Positions 59,894 to 64,000 of a stretch of 64,000 bases of DNA are shown here, one piece after another. Each line of letters begins with the position of its first letter. Position 1 is the first letter of the stretch. The DNA is from an uncultured virus (IMG/VR IMGVR_UViG_3300035495_000309) (Duplodnaviria; Heunggongvirae; Uroviricota; Caudoviricetes): the IMG/VR virus record IMGVR_UViG_3300035495_000309, one strand, 5' to 3'. The notes beneath the pieces were generated by a model. The model was not told where the DNA came from and searched no databases. It saw only the letters and a list, made by a program, of their open reading frames with translations. The translations under genes and the position numbers were made by a program.

Positions 59894-61118
59894 TTTGATT
59901 TTCCTCCTTAATCTTGTACTGCTCTAAAGCATTATCATAATAACCAGCTGCTAAACGATCTTCGAATTCTTCGAATGTTTCAGGAGCTGGGTCATTGTTA
60001 TTGACATGTCGACGCCCAAATTTAAACATAGATTCTCCAGACTTCTTACGTTCTTTCTTAATCTTGCTGTAAATTCTTGCATACGCCCCATGTACGAATT
60101 TTGGATTAAACGGCTTTGACTCCTCTGTTTGAGTTAATATATAGCCTTTCTCTCTGATATCACCAATCTCTTCTTCTTGATCTTTCCTGGAAATTCGTTT
60201 TCTGATATCGCGGAACGAATACTTCTTTCCACATGTATTACAAATCAGATTATTAAACTCCTTATCATAATAAAGAACAGAACTTGGTGAGCATTGGCAC
60301 TGGAACTGCTTAAACTTTACAGAATAGATGTATGCATAATCCAAGATTACAATGCTTCCATCATCTCGAAATCCCCAGTTTACATAATTCGTAGAATTAA
60401 TTCCAACATCACCAATCATGAAATCTGTTGCAATATCTGTAAGAATCTCTCCCATACGAATCGTGTTCTTCCAGAAATCATCGATTGTGAAGATTTCTAC
60501 ATATTCAAACACTGCAATGAGTCCGTCTGCATATGTCTCATAACACTTGATCACATATGGTTGTAATGGAATTGAGTAAATAAACTCTCGCTTATTATCA
60601 ATCTTTCCATCATCATCACATGCAATCTTTATTACATATCCATCGACCATTCCTGCCCAACGATTCGTTCCACCACCTAATGGGGAATATTCTTTTCCCC
60701 ATTCATCCAACTTCTCTCGATATAGAGAAATCTTCTGATTATTCGTGATGGTAAACGTACGCTGAATCTTCTCGATTTCCATTGCCTGCTCTACGGTAAA
60801 GATCTCAAGCAACAAGCTCCGATACACTCTCTCCTTTGGATAATACTTCGGAGCCGCTGCTTCGATATCTTCATCGGTAATTCTTCTGGAAGAGAAAGTA
60901 TCTTCCTCTTCCTTTTCATCTTTTCCAACCTTAACACCAAATTGATCTTCTGGATTTTCCGGATAAATTCTACTGGCATTGATTGGATCATGCTCTTTTA
61001 AATACTGATCATAATTATACTCCTCGGCTAAAGTTTCATCTTCTTCTAACTGTGCTAATTCCGCAGCTAAAGATTCTCTTTCAGCCTGAGATAACATCTC
61101 TCCAATATTAAATCCCAC
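59886..61118 (-). CDS. Protein-kinase-like enzyme with C-terminal Zn finger
   Basis: LGGGTNR, VIKIA, N..E, VFEYV, GDV.....NWG, ILDYA; CQC...CNTCG. Confidence 0.75.
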   Translation of the reverse strand: MGFNIGEMLSQAERESLAAELAQLEEDETLAEEYNYDQYLKEHDPINASRIYPENPEDQFGVKVGKDEKEEEDTFSSRRITDEDIEAAAPKYYPKERVYRSLLLEIFTVEQAMEIEKIQRTFTITNNQKISLYREKLDEWGKEYSPLGGGTNRWAGMVDGYVIKIACDDDGKIDNKREFIYSIPLQPYVIKCYETYADGLIAVFEYVEIFTIDDFWKNTIRMGEILTDIATDFMIGDVGINSTNYVNWGFRDDGSIVILDYAYIYSVKFKQFQCQCSPSSVLYYDKEFNNLICNTCGKKYSFRDIRKRISRKDQEEEIGDIREKGYILTQTEESKPFNPKFVHGAYARIYSKIKKERKKSGESMFKFGRRHVNNNDPAPETFEEFEDRLAAGYYDNALEQYKIKEENQNG

Positions 61119-62533
61119 TACTTACCACTCCCTTTCCACATCATGTTCTTCATCTTCTTCTCATAATCTTTCATGGTTGCTTCATCAGAACCTACCATGT
61201 CTAATAAGAGAGAATCGAATGAACTCGCTTTCTTCTTAGCTTCTTTTGATACTTTCTTTTTCTTCTGCTTCTTCATTTTCTTGTTGATCTTCTGCTCGGT
61301 TTCACTATTGTATGCCTGGATACTTCCATTGATTCCTTCCAGATTTGCTGAATTCTGCTTCGTCTTAAGATCAGATAACATCTTCTTCAAAGACTTGATC
61401 TGCTTCTTCTGAGCTGCTCTTGTCTTTTCAAGCTTCTTCTGCCTCTCTTTATTGCCGTAAAGATTACGCAGATTGTATCCATTCTCTTCAAGCATCTTCT
61501 TATATTCCAGCTCTTCCTTCTGTGCTTCTGTAATGGTGTTTTCTCCATACTTCACTAAATTATGCTGCTTTTCCCACTGCTCCATCTCGAACATATAACG
61601 ACTAACAGCTTCTTCATCCATAAGAGAACCATTAAATTCTGGACGAACATCACCAAGCTTTCGATCTCTCTCATCCTGGAATTCGCGAATCCATTTAAGA
61701 TCATCTTCCTGAATCTGCCACAGATAGGTCTTCTCTCTCTTAGAATCGTGATCCATTTCACGAATCATCTTCTCATATCCCGGGAAGTGTTTTACAAGTG
61801 CTTTTCTTTGCCGCTTCGTTTCTGGTAATACGAAACCACCATCTCCACTTGTATAACTTGCTTTCGTCGGAGCTTTGTAACTCATAATCCGCTTTGCAAA
61901 TTCATTATAAGTTGCTTCTCCCATGTACTGCTTGACTTCATCGATATCAACTTCTTTCTCTTCCTTGACTTCCTCTTCTCTACATTTTGAAGTGGATTGA
62001 CTCTTAAGAAGTTCATCAATATCTCGATTTGGATTCAAGATATATTCAATGATATAATCCCAGTTTAAGGTCTTCTTTCCTTTTCCTTGATACTTTGGAA
62101 TTGTAAGTCCTGCGATCTTAAGCTTCCCCTGAAGAACTTTCAAGATGAATTCATCTGGATCCATAACTCCATTCTTTTCTGCGGTATCCATGACGATTTC
62201 TACGACTAAACGACAGGCTTCAATATACTTGTCCAATCTTCGGATCTTCTTTGTATAATTTCGCCTTAAATGGAAGAACTTCGAGTACCGCTTACGCTGT
62301 GCTTCTCGTTCTTCCCGTGACATGTGATAATCATCCTCAAAATCCTGGACGACTACCTGTGAATAAGTTTCCCTCATTTTGGCTAATTCTTCTGGAGGGA
62401 TATATTCATTTTCAATCGTTCGCTTCTTTACTTTTAGGAATTCACTAGGAACTTCCCCTCTACTGGCCATTTCTTGTCTAGTCTTCTCTTCTACGTAGTT
62501 TTGATTCCTAGACGCGTCTAAAGATATGCCCAT
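61118..62533 (-). CDS. Hypothetical coiled-coil, Lys-rich protein
   Basis: 471 aa; SD aaggag; first gene after an early promoter. Confidence 0.8.
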   Translation of the reverse strand: MGISLDASRNQNYVEEKTRQEMASRGEVPSEFLKVKKRTIENEYIPPEELAKMRETYSQVVVQDFEDDYHMSREEREAQRKRYSKFFHLRRNYTKKIRRLDKYIEACRLVVEIVMDTAEKNGVMDPDEFILKVLQGKLKIAGLTIPKYQGKGKKTLNWDYIIEYILNPNRDIDELLKSQSTSKCREEEVKEEKEVDIDEVKQYMGEATYNEFAKRIMSYKAPTKASYTSGDGGFVLPETKRQRKALVKHFPGYEKMIREMDHDSKREKTYLWQIQEDDLKWIREFQDERDRKLGDVRPEFNGSLMDEEAVSRYMFEMEQWEKQHNLVKYGENTITEAQKEELEYKKMLEENGYNLRNLYGNKERQKKLEKTRAAQKKQIKSLKKMLSDLKTKQNSANLEGINGSIQAYNSETEQKINKKMKKQKKKKVSKEAKKKASSFDSLLLDMVGSDEATMKDYEKKMKNMMWKGSGK

Positions 62534-62564
62534 TTTGCAAACTCTCCTTTCTTATACTACTAAA

Positions 62565-62590
62565 TAGATGATATATAAATGATTTTCAAG
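62565..62590 (-). promoter_or_regulatory. Early-type phage promoter
   Basis: CTTGAAAATCATTTATATATCATCTA. Confidence 0.75.
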
Positions 62591-62654
62591 TTGATTTTTA
62601 CATCTCTATTATTTTCTGGGTTAAATATAGAATTACAAATCATAACATGATTGT

Positions 62655-62765
62655 AATGGTCATAACAGATCAGGCAAACCCACAGCTTGTTAAGTTGATC
62701 GTTTTACGACTCCGGTGAAAGAGGGAACGCAGCGTATTCTTTATTACGCGTGCGTTCCCCTTTTG
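62655..62765 (+). ncRNA. Candidate small RNA (about 110 nt)
   Basis: AACA-N6-TAA at 62644-62656 with no credible downstream + gene; stem gtcataac-agatca...tgatc-gtttta-cgac; terminator gggaacgc...gcgttccc-tttt. Confidence 0.4.
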
Positions 62766-62771
62766 CTGCCG

Positions 62772-63464
62772 TTATGCAGCATTTGTAACTTCGGCTTTTA
62801 CTTCTACCTCGTCTTCCATTTTAACAGGCATCTCGAAACCATCCACATTGATGTATGTGAACTTTTCCTTCAAAACATCGAAAGAGTTCGAATTCAATTC
62901 TTTAGTCCTTTCAATTGCCTGCTCAATCTTCCTTCGAATCCCAGCATTTTCTTTCATATCCAGTTCTTCCTGGTACATCTCAAGGAATGTACGGAAATCA
63001 CCAAATACCATGTAAAGTGGGATTGTAAGTTTATCCGATTTATGGACAACTTCGTGAAGTGTTTTACTAAGAGGAATTAACCCTACCTGATTCATATAAT
63101 GAATTCGGGTTACCTCCTCTGCAAGAAGTAAGGTGTTTATTTCTTCACCTGTACGAATAGCTCTGTCTAATACCAACTTTGTGATATCATATAATGTAAG
63201 CGGCGCATGATGAACCTCAATACGAACTTTCTTATTATTCGCCTTTGAGACGTTATTAAAGAAAGCACAAGCATCCATCCCTACATTGGCACGTAAATAT
63301 GCAATGTAATCAGAATACTCTAAGGATGCTCGTACTTCAGCTTCAACAGCCTTTACGATATTATTCTTTTCAGTATCGGTTTCACAAGCTTCCTGGTATT
63401 CAAATTCTCCAGGATTCTCGAATACGACAACTTCAATATTGTCATTTGATTCAGTCGAAACCAT
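62772..63464 (-). CDS. HNH-like fold protein, paralog of 53774..54409
   Basis: C...IEVHHAPLTLYDI...LSKTLHEVVH; ACA-N6-TAA at 63478-63489. Confidence 0.65.
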   Translation of the reverse strand: MVSTESNDNIEVVVFENPGEFEYQEACETDTEKNNIVKAVEAEVRASLEYSDYIAYLRANVGMDACAFFNNVSKANNKKVRIEVHHAPLTLYDITKLVLDRAIRTGEEINTLLLAEEVTRIHYMNQVGLIPLSKTLHEVVHKSDKLTIPLYMVFGDFRTFLEMYQEELDMKENAGIRRKIEQAIERTKELNSNSFDVLKEKFTYINVDGFEMPVKMEDEVEVKAEVTNAA

Positions 63465-63503
63465 GCTATCACCTCCTTTAAAGAAGTGTAGAGACCTGAG
63501 TTT

Positions 63504-63995
63504 CTAAACAAAAGCTGTTGCTGCAGCAAGTTCCATTTCTGTTAAGTCTTCTTCTCGTTTGCATTCACAGGTAGAAATGAAATCATCTCTATAATATTTC
63601 CCGTAAAGATACATGTAAACAGCAAACATATCGTATTGAAGTCCAATATCAGTAACGCCCTCGGCAGTATTTCCAAGGCCTACATTGAAATGCTCAATCA
63701 CACGGTTATACCGAAGAGCATATAATGCTTGCCGATATTCTGGTTGGAATATCTCAATTGGAAGAACTCCAGGGAGCTGACTAAAGATTGCATGTACATC
63801 ACAAGTGTGATTTAAAAACTCCAGTTCATTTTCTGTATATAATACTTTGATGAATGATGGAATCCGGTATTCATCATCACTTGTAATGAGCGTTTCAAAA
63901 TAGCTCTCACTAAGAAGTCTACTGCGATTCGCAATGAGATATTCATCGACGTTGTCATCATCAATATTGTCAGAACGCTCGATAAATAAATCCAT
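63504..63995 (-). CDS. Hypothetical protein (start may lie beyond the window edge)
   Basis: 163 aa ORF at the right edge. Confidence 0.65.
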   Translation of the reverse strand: MDLFIERSDNIDDDNVDEYLIANRSRLLSESYFETLITSDDEYRIPSFIKVLYTENELEFLNHTCDVHAIFSQLPGVLPIEIFQPEYRQALYALRYNRVIEHFNVGLGNTAEGVTDIGLQYDMFAVYMYLYGKYYRDDFISTCECKREEDLTEMELAAATAFV

Positions 63996-64000
63996 ATTCC

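Noticed and set aside
62715..63080. 121-aa plus-strand ORF downstream of the orphan promoter
   Set aside because: No SD, crosses a terminator immediately, and is antisense to 62772..63464.
1..64000. tRNA, rRNA or tmRNA genes
   Set aside because: No cloverleaf or rRNA-like segment recognised by eye in the intergenic gaps; tRNAscan-SE/ARAGORN would be needed to exclude them formally.

Overview
A 64 kb segment of a jumbo myovirus of the AR9/PBS1/phiKZ-like type (it carries its own multisubunit RNA polymerase). The host is probably a Bacillota/Clostridia member, inferred from strong AGGAGGTG-type Shine-Dalgarno (SD) sites and Clostridia-like accessory membrane genes. Core genes are portal, DnaB-like helicase, terminase large subunit, baseplate/tail proteins, an RNAP beta-prime C-terminal subunit, GyrA, GyrB and a tubulin/PhuZ-TubZ homolog, plus a protein-kinase-like gene and a minimal PolB-like gene. 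The main structure the ORF track misses is a family of five related group I introns: one in dnaB, two in terL and two in gyrB. Their splice sites can be placed to the base from P1/P10 pairings and restored catalytic motifs. All five share an identical 38-nt P5abc-like segment and three carry HNH homing endonucleases. One (terL intron 1) has a C-G rather than U-G 5' splice pair and essentially no P9. Two phage promoter classes recur at gene starts (TTATATATYATCT; ACW-N6-TR). Two of the second class point into gene-free, hairpin-rich intervals, giving candidate novel phage sRNAs; one has several C-rich, anti-SD-like loops. All functional calls rest on motif recognition by eye; no searches were run.
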